Below the pieces are notes generated by a model. The model had not been told where the DNA came from and did not search any database. It worked only from the letters and a program-made list of their open reading frames with translations. The position numbers and the translations under genes are program-made. This document shows, one piece after another, positions 36,609 through 46,390 of a stretch of DNA of 59,525 nucleotides; positions within the stretch are counted from its first letter, which is position 1; every line of letters begins with the position of its first letter. This DNA comes from a virus (lineage: Duplodnaviria; Caudoviricetes). The stretch lies in IMG/VR virus record IMGVR_UViG_3300049854_000016, positions 1-59,525 of that record. One strand, written 5' to 3'.

Positions 36609-38041
36609 ACTTTTTTGAGCCAGCCACCCTTACTGATACAATATAGAAATTTATTATCGACAGGTTCTTTTTTGAATCCACGACTCAATTTTGTTTTGAA
36701 GAACCAGTCTATTGCTTCACCACCCATTTCTCTTTGCTGTACCAGTCCGCTCCTCTGGAATACATCCTCAACGACTATATATTGTCCCTTAGTTACCATT
36801 GGGGAATAATAGTAAAGTTCACGTTTAACCTGTGAACGATGATGATTGCCGTCCAACACGACCATAACTGTTTTGTCTTTTATGAGTTCTTTTACTTTTT
36901 CAAGAGTATCAACGGCAGTCATACGACCATTGATATAAGTTATTCTCGGATGTTCCGGCTGGCTTATGGCAGCCTTGTCAATGGTTATGACCTGACCCTT
37001 GCCTATTGTATTGAAACAGTCGGCGTAGAATAATGCCGAACCGCCGTGAGCAGTTCCACACTCAATTAGAATGTCAGGTTTGTTTTCCCATAGAATTTCA
37101 GAGTAAAGGATTAAATCTGTAGGTAGTTTTATGCAAGGAACTCCCCGCCATTTCGGAATGTTCTTTCCGTTTATAATATGACTGTAAAATATTTTATGTA
37201 AATCCATGATTTCCTCGGTTTTAATTTCCCATGTTGGAGGTTGAAATTTGTCTATCATCCAATGTAATTTCCGTGTTGCTTTCGGCCACTTATTGTTGAG
37301 CCAGATGTCCTGTGAGTATTTCCTTGCTTTCTCAACATCACGACCGGAAAGATGATAAGGAAATCCTATCCCACCAGTCCTGAACCAGTGGGCGAACCAC
37401 GTCTTTTTATTGACCTTTAACGCACCGCCCGAAAGCCATGCCTTACAACTTACCTCTACAGACTGCGCTCCCCACGAACCATGTTCTTCATCGCATCCGC
37501 CCTGTTCAAAGAACCTGTCTCTGTGCATGAACCAGCACGGCCCCATACATGTCATCGTGTCGTCTATCAAACGGGGATTGTTATGTTGTCTGTGATATTC
37601 CCTGCCGGTGTAATACTGCGCCCTGAATGGTTGTGTTGAAGTCGGGCTTGAGATATACATATAATCAGTGAGCTTATGAGTCTTTGGTTTCCATAGGGCA
37701 ATATCAAGATTATACATTCTCGGTACAACCGTCCATGATGGCTCGCAATCAGCGGCAAGTTTAACATCAAAACCCTTATCAAGAGCACAATGGGCGTCAA
37801 GTTTCATTATATATTCGCCCTTTGCCATCTTAGCCGCATGATTTATACATGCCCTCTGTCCGATACCTTCTTTGTTATAAACAAATTTTACCCTGTCATC
37901 GTTAATAACTATTTGGGGGTCAGGAATATAACCGTCAAGTTCGACTATAATCTCTATCTCGCCTTCGGCATTAGAAAGAACGTCTCTTATTGTCTTTTCG
38001 AGATATATTTCATTCTTTGCCGGTATCAGTACACTTATCAT
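36605..38041 (-). CDS. GT2/GT27-like glycosyltransferase fused to a CmcI-family (sugar O-methyltransferase-like) domain
   Basis: ISVLIPAKNE, KGEYIMKLDAHC, WGAQSVEVSCKAWLSGG, FAHWFR; C-terminal KPDILIECGTAHGGSA, VMVVLDGNH, YIVVED. Confidence 0.85.
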   Translation of the reverse strand: MISVLIPAKNEIYLEKTIRDVLSNAEGEIEIIVELDGYIPDPQIVINDDRVKFVYNKEGIGQRACINHAAKMAKGEYIMKLDAHCALDKGFDVKLAADCEPSWTVVPRMYNLDIALWKPKTHKLTDYMYISSPTSTQPFRAQYYTGREYHRQHNNPRLIDDTMTCMGPCWFMHRDRFFEQGGCDEEHGSWGAQSVEVSCKAWLSGGALKVNKKTWFAHWFRTGGIGFPYHLSGRDVEKARKYSQDIWLNNKWPKATRKLHWMIDKFQPPTWEIKTEEIMDLHKIFYSHIINGKNIPKWRGVPCIKLPTDLILYSEILWENKPDILIECGTAHGGSALFYADCFNTIGKGQVITIDKAAISQPEHPRITYINGRMTAVDTLEKVKELIKDKTVMVVLDGNHHRSQVKRELYYYSPMVTKGQYIVVEDVFQRSGLVQQREMGGEAIDWFFKTKLSRGFKKEPVDNKFLYCISKGGWLKKV

Positions 38042-38751
38042 ATAAAACTCTCAAATAAAATCATACCACGCAGATTAGCTACTACATCATCGGCAGCTAC
38101 GTCCACCGAACCCTGTAACGCATACGTATTGGCCTGCACTCCCGGTGTGTGCACCGTCATGTGTTCCACTGGCAACGAGGCCCCTGCAGTAAGAGTGACT
38201 GCCGGTGCGGTGTATATTGCTGCGGCTCCGGTTGTATCGTAAATTCGCACTACCACAGACCGGCTGACTGCCGCCGTACTCACGAGGGTGCAGTACACCG
38301 TGATTTGAATTGCGTTACCCCGGCTGTTGACGGACACCGACTCCAGCTCCACCTCACTGCCAGCCACCGCAAAGTAGTCGCTATCCCCGTCCGTTGTAGA
38401 TGATACAGAGTTATGTGTAGCCGGGTCCACTGTCAAGCCCACCGCATTAGCTCCTGGATAACCTCGGGGTCCCGGGGGTCCCGGGGGTCCCTGCGGTCCG
38501 TCCAGCCCCGCGAACTTGTACGTGATGTTGTCGGCAGGCCACAGGTCTTCCAGGCGACCGGCAGGATTAGGTTCAGTCGGCAGCCCATAGTCAATCCGTC
38601 TGGCAGTCTTGCCGGAGCCCCACGGCATTACGAGGCCAAATCCATCCAGGAAGTCAGGATTGTCAATGGCAGGTATATACACTCCCTGCAGCAGGGGTGC
38701 TGGTGTGCCTACTGTATTTAAGCTCCCGGATTGTGTGAAGACATCTGCCAT
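38038..38751 (-). CDS. Virion protein with short collagen-like segment
   Basis: GLDGPQGPPGPPGPRGYPG. Confidence 0.6.
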   Translation of the reverse strand: MADVFTQSGSLNTVGTPAPLLQGVYIPAIDNPDFLDGFGLVMPWGSGKTARRIDYGLPTEPNPAGRLEDLWPADNITYKFAGLDGPQGPPGPPGPRGYPGANAVGLTVDPATHNSVSSTTDGDSDYFAVAGSEVELESVSVNSRGNAIQITVYCTLVSTAAVSRSVVVRIYDTTGAAAIYTAPAVTLTAGASLPVEHMTVHTPGVQANTYALQGSVDVAADDVVANLRGMILFESFI

Positions 38752-40274
38752 TAACCACCAAAATGTCTGTTGTCAAAGTTGTCTCCCCGAACCTCAGAAC
38801 ATTCCTGCACGTTGCTATAGTATGCCTGTAACCGGACGTTCCGTATAGCTTCCTGGTACGCCGTCAGAATCGTACCGGCCCTCTTGCGGTTGCCTTCCAT
38901 CGCTGCTATCGTGTAAGCCGCGTGGATGGCTACCACCAGGTCCAGCCCTTTATGAATTGCAGGGGCTATCTCGTAGTAGATGCTGCCGTCGTCGGTCGTG
39001 GGAACCGGGCTCAGTGCCGGGGCTACCGTTGCTATCCGCGTCACATTACTGTAGGCGGTAATCGGTCGCTCCTGCATATAGTTGCCGGTCACAGTAGTCC
39101 CTGTCGTATTCAGTATCCGCAGGTCACATCCCGTATACGCATTGTGGTGAGTATCGAGAGTCCCTATATTCGGAGTCGCACCCAGCGTCACTGCAGTTCC
39201 CGCCGTGTTGATGGTACAGGTTCCATGATGCAGTCTTGCTGTACCGCTCGGTACGTACTCCACCGTCAGCACTTCTCCTGTATTAAACAGGCCGCTGGCC
39301 TGCATTTTGATTACATTACCTTCAACCCACAGCTTCTGCCCGAAGGGGTTGTAGCGACTGCGGGAACTATAGAACAACTTTCCTCCACTTGACTCAGACT
39401 TGTAGATGGCCTCTATAGTTCCCACAGTATACGGTAGTATATACTCCGTAGTATTCGCCGCTATTGTGAGCGTAATCTTGGCCACCGCCGGAGTCTGAGC
39501 GTTCCTGTTCTTCTCCGCTATCACATGAATATATGAAAATTCCAACTGCTCTATTATGTTCGTGTCCGTATACTTGGCGTTGATGGCAGGCTCGTCAATC
39601 CAGAGCCGTGTCTTCGCTATCGCCCTCGTGAGGAAGCTGTCCGAGTAGCCGGTCGTCCCGCCCACCGCCACTGCTGTCCCTATATCCTTGGTAAACGCCA
39701 CGGACCCTGCCGCCGGTGTCATCGTCGCATTCGCAAACGTATACCCCGCCAGATGGCAGTATATATTATAGGCCGCATAGCTGAGCTGGAATGTCACGAG
39801 CCCGGCATCGTTAGTGACTTTCACGCCAGCCACCGCGTCGGACCTATCGGAGGCCGTATTGAGCCATACGGATACACCCGGTATCGCAACACCCGCCGTA
39901 GTCCGTATCGTCAATGTCACTGCATAGTCACCGGGTCCCGCCAGATTCTCATTGGCAGCCTTAATCGTGAACGACAACACTTCTCCGCTTTTAGAACCCG
40001 TCCCGCTTACCGCGTAGGAGATATAGATATTATATGATTTCCCCACCTCGAATCCATTAGCTGTAGTACAGGCTATCGACTCGGCATAAAAGCCGGTAGT
40101 GTTATCCGTGTCCAGAGTAGCCATACTTCCGGTCAAAATAGCAGTAGCAGTCTCCGCCTCGTATACCCTGTATGCAGGCACAGCATCCGCATCGGCAAGC
40201 TCCCCCGTTGCGTTCTTGGTCAGCACTGTGAATGTAAGAGTATCAGCTAATGTAACATCCGATTGGCAACCCAT
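38751..40274 (-). CDS. Virion protein: Ig-like N-terminal domains plus head-tail adaptor-like C-terminal part
   Basis: Beta-rich N-terminus; helical FLTRAIAKTRLWIDEP...EYILP and C-terminal helices resemble connector proteins; structural context. Confidence 0.5.
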   Translation of the reverse strand: MGCQSDVTLADTLTFTVLTKNATGELADADAVPAYRVYEAETATAILTGSMATLDTDNTTGFYAESIACTTANGFEVGKSYNIYISYAVSGTGSKSGEVLSFTIKAANENLAGPGDYAVTLTIRTTAGVAIPGVSVWLNTASDRSDAVAGVKVTNDAGLVTFQLSYAAYNIYCHLAGYTFANATMTPAAGSVAFTKDIGTAVAVGGTTGYSDSFLTRAIAKTRLWIDEPAINAKYTDTNIIEQLEFSYIHVIAEKNRNAQTPAVAKITLTIAANTTEYILPYTVGTIEAIYKSESSGGKLFYSSRSRYNPFGQKLWVEGNVIKMQASGLFNTGEVLTVEYVPSGTARLHHGTCTINTAGTAVTLGATPNIGTLDTHHNAYTGCDLRILNTTGTTVTGNYMQERPITAYSNVTRIATVAPALSPVPTTDDGSIYYEIAPAIHKGLDLVVAIHAAYTIAAMEGNRKRAGTILTAYQEAIRNVRLQAYYSNVQECSEVRGDNFDNRHFGG

Positions 40275-40522
40275 TATTTTTCTACCCTGAGTCCTTCCTT
40301 TATTTCGTCAATACCCTGTACAATATACTTGATGTCCGTCTTTAGTTCCCGCATCTCAAGCCCCTGCTCCGCAGCTGTTATCTCAATCTTTTCCATCCGT
40401 ACATCGTGGGCGTCGAGCCGCTGCACCGAATATTTAACGGTGGCACAAAAAGCCCCCACTGTTATCAGAGCCCCGGCAAATCCAATCAGTATCTTCCACA
40501 GGTTACTATTCTTGTCTGGCAT
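40274..40522 (-). CDS. Small membrane protein (holin-like candidate)
   Basis: One TM helix followed by coiled coil. Confidence 0.45.
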   Translation of the reverse strand: MPDKNSNLWKILIGFAGALITVGAFCATVKYSVQRLDAHDVRMEKIEITAAEQGLEMRELKTDIKYIVQGIDEIKEGLRVEK

Positions 40523-40703
40523 TGCTCTCTCCCCCGGTTAGCCCCTGCAGAAGGGTTTTGTGGCCTTCTATCACATCAAGGGCATTATTCACTGCGTACA
40601 GGACATCCTGCATAAGAACCTCTTCGGTGAACGTCGTCGCTCTTCGTGCCTGCTCTTCCAGGTCCAGCTTTATTTTCTGTAGTTCCTGCAGTAGCGTTCT
40701 CAT
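40506..40703 (-). CDS. Hypothetical coiled-coil protein
   Basis: 65 aa; GGAG RBS. Confidence 0.5.
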   Translation of the reverse strand: MRTLLQELQKIKLDLEEQARRATTFTEEVLMQDVLYAVNNALDVIEGHKTLLQGLTGGESNARQE

Positions 40704-40774
40704 ATTTTCCAGAACTCCCGCCTCTTTTTAAAGGATGGTGGGAGCCACGAATGACCCCCACCCCCAATAACTGT

Positions 40775-41104
40775 CTACTCAACTTTAGCCTGCCTAATGC
40801 CCTCATCCGGGGGGCTTTGGTCAATCATCGCATCTGCTGCTGCACCTGTAGCCGTATCTGCCAGGACTTTTATATTGTCCCAGTGGTCAAGCGACCGCTT
40901 GGCTGCAAGGTCCAGAGTCTCTACACTCTTCATCATCATCAGGTTAAGAGCCGCAACTCCACCCTGTAGAAGCTGGGCAACAATGGCATCTATTGCCTGT
41001 TTGTTGGAAGCTGTCTGAGCCGCTTGTGCAGCATTAGCCGTTTTGATTACCTCATCCGACATTACTTCAAATGAGCCTTCTGGTTGTACTGTTGGGTCTG
41101 CCAT
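40775..41104 (-). CDS. Ala/Gln-rich hypothetical protein
   Basis: AAGGAG RBS; 109 aa. Confidence 0.65.
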   Translation of the reverse strand: MADPTVQPEGSFEVMSDEVIKTANAAQAAQTASNKQAIDAIVAQLLQGGVAALNLMMMKSVETLDLAAKRSLDHWDNIKVLADTATGAAADAMIDQSPPDEGIRQAKVE

Positions 41105-41125
41105 AATACTTCTCCTTAAAATAAT

Positions 41126-41509
41126 TTACTTATTCCAAAACCTTCGCCTCTTTTCATTGGCTTCTTTAATTTGCCCTTGCTTGTCCTGCTGTATACTTTC
41201 GTAGTCTCTGCTTGACTGGTCTATCCGCCGTGCCATCGTCTCCGGTGACATAGGGGCCCACATCCGCCTCATCAGCTCGTCGGCCATCGCCTTGTTGAAT
41301 CCGCCCCACCCATACCCGAGGTTCACTACATCGGACATGAGGCCGTACTTGTCGCGTGCCCAGACTGCAACCACGAATGTTCCGTGGCGTTTATGCCGGT
41401 ATGTAAACAGCCGGTCCCGCCAATCTACAGGGGCATTTCTGACACACCAACGACCGACCTCGGATTCCAATATCTGGTGCTGTTCCTCGTCATACATGAC
41501 CGGAAACAT
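41126..41509 (-). CDS. Hypothetical protein
   Basis: AAGGAG RBS; 127 aa. Confidence 0.7.
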   Translation of the reverse strand: MFPVMYDEEQHQILESEVGRWCVRNAPVDWRDRLFTYRHKRHGTFVVAVWARDKYGLMSDVVNLGYGWGGFNKAMADELMRRMWAPMSPETMARRIDQSSRDYESIQQDKQGQIKEANEKRRRFWNK

Positions 41510-41525
41510 ACTGGTCTCCTTTCAA

Positions 41526-42635
41526 CTATCGTGTTCGCCCAAATAACATCAGGCTGGTTGTACCATCGGTTTCGAGGATTCGGACAGGATTTCCTCGGCC
41601 TATCTTGATGGCCTCTGGGAACGTAATTGAAACCGGGGCCACTACCCCCGACGTTGTTAGCACTCCGCATACAAACGGTCCAAGAGTTCCAAGTGGCTCA
41701 TCAGCATCCTTCTCTCCCTTTTTCTCAAACGGGGGGCCACACCTGTTTTGTGCGGCTGTTGAGGCTGATTGCTTGGCCGGGGACCACGTTGCACCACTGA
41801 TTGTAGATTTGTAGCCATCATCGTTTGTAATAGAGTAGCAGACAGTCCCGGTGCCCTCATCGTTATTCCATGCGAGGACAAGTCCTGTCTCACCACCGTG
41901 GTATTTGCGGCCAAATCCATTGTTGTAGTTCTTCAGTACGGTTGCTGCTGATAATGCTCCGCTGGCTCCGCTGTAGAATCCGACGGGGCCGAGCCAGAAA
42001 TCCTTATTGGAAACACCAGTGCTAACCAGTGTCCCGGCTGCGTCGATGGCATCGTTTAATCCGGTTGTATCAGCCGACCCTGCTGATAGAGTTTCCTCTA
42101 CTCCATCTATATAAATCTTCAGGCCGGTTGCAGAGTTTCTGGTGCAGGTTACTACTACAAATGCCCACCTGTCAAATATACTGTTAGTGGCTGTGGCTGT
42201 AATAGCAGCTGTCCCATCATGGGCGGTAAACTTTGGAATACCTGCCGAAGTAACTGACAGCGTGTAACCCTCAGTGGCTCCGCCACCCGCTCGAACCAGC
42301 ACAGTGGCCTGGGCCCCGGTAGCTGATGGAACATACATCCAAACCTCAAATGAGAAGTGCCCGGTCGTTGAAGCCTCATTAGCAATATCCAGTAAAGCCC
42401 CACCGTCTGCGGCTGTCCATGTGTCCGTAGTGTTGAAGTACAAACAGCTGCGTCTCAGCAGGTGGAATCCATCCGCTGTAGCGAGTGCCCCATCGAGATG
42501 GTAGCCTGTAATCCAGTGGCTGGCCTCTCCTTCGGTGCCGTTCAAAAGCGTCGTGGACTTGGCTGTGTTCCCATTTATATGCATGATGGGCCAGTTCTTA
42601 TCACACCCAGTAGACATTGTTTCTACTTGTGACAT
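41526..42635 (-). CDS. LamG/ConA-like lectin-domain virion protein
   Basis: FSFEVWM, W.FVVVT, LKIYIDG, GLVLAWNNDEGTG. Confidence 0.75.
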   Translation of the reverse strand: MSQVETMSTGCDKNWPIMHINGNTAKSTTLLNGTEGEASHWITGYHLDGALATADGFHLLRRSCLYFNTTDTWTAADGGALLDIANEASTTGHFSFEVWMYVPSATGAQATVLVRAGGGATEGYTLSVTSAGIPKFTAHDGTAAITATATNSIFDRWAFVVVTCTRNSATGLKIYIDGVEETLSAGSADTTGLNDAIDAAGTLVSTGVSNKDFWLGPVGFYSGASGALSAATVLKNYNNGFGRKYHGGETGLVLAWNNDEGTGTVCYSITNDDGYKSTISGATWSPAKQSASTAAQNRCGPPFEKKGEKDADEPLGTLGPFVCGVLTTSGVVAPVSITFPEAIKIGRGNPVRILETDGTTSLMLFGRTR

Positions 42636-42646
42636 AGTAATCTCCT

Positions 42647-42680
42647 AAAGAAAGGGGGGTGGCCCGAAGACCACCTCCCC
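42647..42680 (-). terminator. Intrinsic terminator
   Basis: GGGGAGGTGGTC-TTCG-GGCCACCCCCC then TTTCTTT. Confidence 0.8.
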
Positions 42681-42692
42681 ATCCAAGATTCT

Positions 42693-45347
42693 TTATACTG
42701 AAGGCGTTGCAGCAAGTATACCGGCTTCACCTACATTGTTGGTACCATAGCATTCAAAGATTGCCGTGTTACCGGGAGTCTCAAACCATGTGGTCTCCGT
42801 ATCTGACCCCACACAAGCAAAGTAACTGTTGCATACCCATCCAGTCAGGGCTGCAATACCCTGGATGCAGCTGTCAATGGCTGCATTTGCATTCTCCATC
42901 CGGCAGTTGTCAATCAGAATATCTGTTGAAGCCGCTGTTATGAATGTAAGGCATCCATCGGAGAAGTCTCCATGAATTACGGTGTTCTTAACTGTTGGCC
43001 TGACGCATGTATCAAACGAGATAAATGAGGTGTTACCTGCCGTGTCCGTGCAGTCGGCCCTGCAGCCGTCCATTGTAAAGTCGGTCGCAGCCGCCACCAC
43101 TGTAATCCAGTCAATCGTATTATCGGTGGTAAGGTCTCTGAAGATACAGTTTCTGAAGGTACAGTAAGGTCCTGTAACAGGGAACGCCACAACCAGAGCA
43201 TCCTGCGTGTTATCAAACAAACAGTTTTCTATTGTGACATTAGCTGCCGATATAACAAAGGTGCTGTCCGTGCCTGTATCAAAGTGGAACGTCGGCATAT
43301 TGGAGCCGTTTCCGTATCCCTTGATTGTGATACCGATAATATCAGCTGTAACTCCACCTGGTGTCGCAATAGTCTCTGCGTGTCCGGGGGCGACATGAAT
43401 AATGTCACCATTGTTATCGGCACACAGCCCTATAGCATAATCCAGAGTAGCTACCGGCTCTTCCCAGGTAGACCCATGAGCCGTGTCATCCACACCCAAC
43501 GCACTGTCCACATAAATCTGGTTGCCCGGCAGAACTCCTTCACCTTCAATACGTACAGGCTTCAGGTTGCCACCCAGCGGAATCCAGATGTTACCGGAGC
43601 AGCTGAGGATGTTCCCCTGCAGAGCTGCCGACCGTACATCACAGACAAGCGTGTTATCGCTGCAAACACCAGTCACCGTCAAGGCAGCTACATCCACTTC
43701 GATACAATGGATGCTTGCCTGCTCGTTGATAATCACGTTGTTCTTGATTACCAAGTCCTGGCTTGCATTACCGGCTGCAGGAATCTCAAGAGCCGCATTG
43801 TCAAAGTTACCCATAATGTAGTTGTTGGTAATCTTGATACCTGCCTGGTCCTTGGCAATGATGATGGCCGAAGTCTGGGGCCCGGCTGTCGGCAGGTAGA
43901 ACTTACAGTTGTCTACCACACAGTAATCCGAATCCCCATCGGCGGCACCAAACGTGATAGCCGTCAGAGGCTGCTGGCCACCCTCGCGGAATTCGCAGTT
44001 CCGAATAACCGTATCGTCAGCCGACGTATGAGTGTAAATCATATACGCCTGGCTTGCCATATTGCAGGAGAATATAATATTCTCAATCAGGGTATCGGCT
44101 GCGGTAATATCGACATTAGCATTGGCAGCATCCGTTGTAAAGGTAAGAGTAGGTCTTGAATCTCCCGAGCCCTCACCGATAATGGATAGTCCAATAACGT
44201 CAATGTCGAGGATGTAAACCGTAGCCCCCGTGATGCTCTCGGCATGACCGGCTGCAACGTGGATAACATCTCCATTACTGGCCGTGCACTTTGCGATGGC
44301 ACTGTCAATAGTGGCAAGAGGGTCATCCCACGAGAGGCCACTGGCAGTAGATACACCTGTTCCACTGTCTACGTAGAAGTGGTTTCCACCGGCGGCAGCC
44401 GAGCTGTACCCGGGCTGAACCGCATCTGCGGCAGGCAGGCTCGTGACCTTGTTGTTAGCCCTCAAGCAACCGAGAGCCGTCAGTGCATTCACAGCAGCAT
44501 TAGTTGTATAACAGATGTTGTTGGTAACAGCACCTGTCGTGCTGGCGTGTAGATTGATAGCCGAGCCATAAGTCGGGTCCATATTGTTGATGATATTACC
44601 ATCAATCAGGATGTCGAACCCGGCGGCAGTAGCACCATCGATGACACCATCGGAAGTACCACCACCCCAGTCGCCTCTGAAGTAACAATCCTGAACGATA
44701 CACCTGTACGAAGCCCCTGCAAACCACACGGCAGAGTTAGTACCGGAGGCAGTATCGGTCGAAAGGAACCGGCAGCCGCGAATAGCCACATCGTTGCAGG
44801 CCGCAGTGACATGAACACCCATCACATATTCGGTAATGGCGGAGCTGTCTCGGAACTCGCAGGCTTCAATCACGGCACCATCGGCACCCGCACCCAAAGT
44901 AATCAAGGCAGCTACATCCACATAGTTGCTGACAAGCAGCAGGTTATATAACGTGCATTCTGTTGCTGTGACGTTGAGGGAACCTGCGGCGGCAGTCATT
45001 GTAAAGGTCGGACGCCTGTCCGAGGTCCCAAGTCCTATGATTGTTACACCGGACTTGTCCACACACGCCCCGGTCGTAGTCGCACCGGATGCTGTTTCGA
45101 GGGTTGAGAAGCTCTCAGCGTGCCCGGCTGCCACAAATATGACATCCCCGGCATCGTTGGAGCAGCGGCTGATGGCGTAGTTAAGTGTCAGGAAGGGAGC
45201 CGCCCAGCTCGCCCCGTTCCCCGTATTTGAATTGTTGGCACCACCACCATTGGAGTCCACGAACCAGGTGTGCCCGTAATCAGCCCGGTCGGACCCCTCA
45301 AGCAGTGAATACCACCCAAATTTTCCAACTTTATCATAGACGTTCAT
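42693..45347 (-). CDS. Triple-repeat right-handed beta-helix (pectin-lyase-like) virion protein
   Basis: Three units, each starting (F/Y)VDS...G.(S/T)W..P..T...AI..C....GD.I.VA.GHAE. Confidence 0.8.
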   Translation of the reverse strand: MNVYDKVGKFGWYSLLEGSDRADYGHTWFVDSNGGGANNSNTGNGASWAAPFLTLNYAISRCSNDAGDVIFVAAGHAESFSTLETASGATTTGACVDKSGVTIIGLGTSDRRPTFTMTAAAGSLNVTATECTLYNLLLVSNYVDVAALITLGAGADGAVIEACEFRDSSAITEYVMGVHVTAACNDVAIRGCRFLSTDTASGTNSAVWFAGASYRCIVQDCYFRGDWGGGTSDGVIDGATAAGFDILIDGNIINNMDPTYGSAINLHASTTGAVTNNICYTTNAAVNALTALGCLRANNKVTSLPAADAVQPGYSSAAAGGNHFYVDSGTGVSTASGLSWDDPLATIDSAIAKCTASNGDVIHVAAGHAESITGATVYILDIDVIGLSIIGEGSGDSRPTLTFTTDAANANVDITAADTLIENIIFSCNMASQAYMIYTHTSADDTVIRNCEFREGGQQPLTAITFGAADGDSDYCVVDNCKFYLPTAGPQTSAIIIAKDQAGIKITNNYIMGNFDNAALEIPAAGNASQDLVIKNNVIINEQASIHCIEVDVAALTVTGVCSDNTLVCDVRSAALQGNILSCSGNIWIPLGGNLKPVRIEGEGVLPGNQIYVDSALGVDDTAHGSTWEEPVATLDYAIGLCADNNGDIIHVAPGHAETIATPGGVTADIIGITIKGYGNGSNMPTFHFDTGTDSTFVISAANVTIENCLFDNTQDALVVAFPVTGPYCTFRNCIFRDLTTDNTIDWITVVAAATDFTMDGCRADCTDTAGNTSFISFDTCVRPTVKNTVIHGDFSDGCLTFITAASTDILIDNCRMENANAAIDSCIQGIAALTGWVCNSYFACVGSDTETTWFETPGNTAIFECYGTNNVGEAGILAATPSV

Positions 45348-45384
45348 TTACTTATCTCCTATACTAAACTAAACTATTGTTTGA

Positions 45385-46353
45385 TTACGCAGCCCAATCA
45401 CCGGCAGCCGGGCAGAGGTTTCCACTCTCAGCCTCAACGGTTGTGGCGTAGTTTTCACATGCCATGCACGCAGCAGCAGCTATTGGAGCCGTCGCATTTA
45501 GTCCACCATGTACCAGGTTCCGCACCACCGCACCCGTTGTATCTGACTTCAGGTTGATAGCAAGGCCAGCCGTAGCGTCGATGTTGTTAATGTAGTTGTT
45601 GGCAATCAGAACATCGGTATATTTCCCCACTGAAGCCTCAATCGCAGCCGTGTTGAAATCACCCCGCATGTAGCAGTTCTTGATGGTCGCCCTCTTACCG
45701 GTTCCTGCAAAGTTAATGGCAGTAAGACCGGCATCGTTGGTGTCCGTACTGAAGAACCTGCATCCGTCGATTGTCAGGTCATCCACCGTAGTCGCCACAT
45801 CAATCATGTTCACACATTCGAGAATGTTCGTGCCACCATCGCGGAACTCACAGTTCTTGATAGTGCAGCCGTCGGAAGCGGCATCCAGGGTAATCATATC
45901 CGTCAGGTCGGCTATGCCGCCGACGCACAGGATATTCTCGATAGTGACGTTTGCAGCCAGCACCGCAATCTGACCGGCTGTTGCAGAGAAAGTAAAGGTA
46001 GGTCTCAACGCAGCCGTTCCCAAACCCACAATGGTAATCCCGGCTTTATCCACACCCACTGCGGTTGTAGTCGTTCCTGACGCAGCAGCGGTTGTCGAGA
46101 TTGTCTCAGCGTGTCCCGGAGCCAGCACTATAATGTCACCCTGGCTTGCAGTGCACCTGCTGATGGCATAGTTCAGGGTGGCGAAGGGTGTCTCCCAGCT
46201 CGACCCATGAATAATCTCGTCGGCAGTATTAGCGGCATTTGTCGCCCCACTATCGACCAGAAAGATGTTTCCTTCCGGCCTGACTCCTGGAAGACTCTGT
46301 ACCATTGCAAGAGCCTCCCATCCATATTTTCTTATGTAGTCTAATAGCTTCAA
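45385..46353 (-). CDS. Single-unit beta-helix virion protein, paralogue of 42693..45347
   Basis: LVDSG...GSSWETPFATLNYAISRCTASQGDIIVLAPGHAE. Confidence 0.8.
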   Translation of the reverse strand: MKLLDYIRKYGWEALAMVQSLPGVRPEGNIFLVDSGATNAANTADEIIHGSSWETPFATLNYAISRCTASQGDIIVLAPGHAETISTTAAASGTTTTAVGVDKAGITIVGLGTAALRPTFTFSATAGQIAVLAANVTIENILCVGGIADLTDMITLDAASDGCTIKNCEFRDGGTNILECVNMIDVATTVDDLTIDGCRFFSTDTNDAGLTAINFAGTGKRATIKNCYMRGDFNTAAIEASVGKYTDVLIANNYINNIDATAGLAINLKSDTTGAVVRNLVHGGLNATAPIAAAACMACENYATTVEAESGNLCPAAGDWAA

Positions 46354-46390
46354 TTCAATTCTCCTTTCAATATATACTTTCTAAGCTAAA

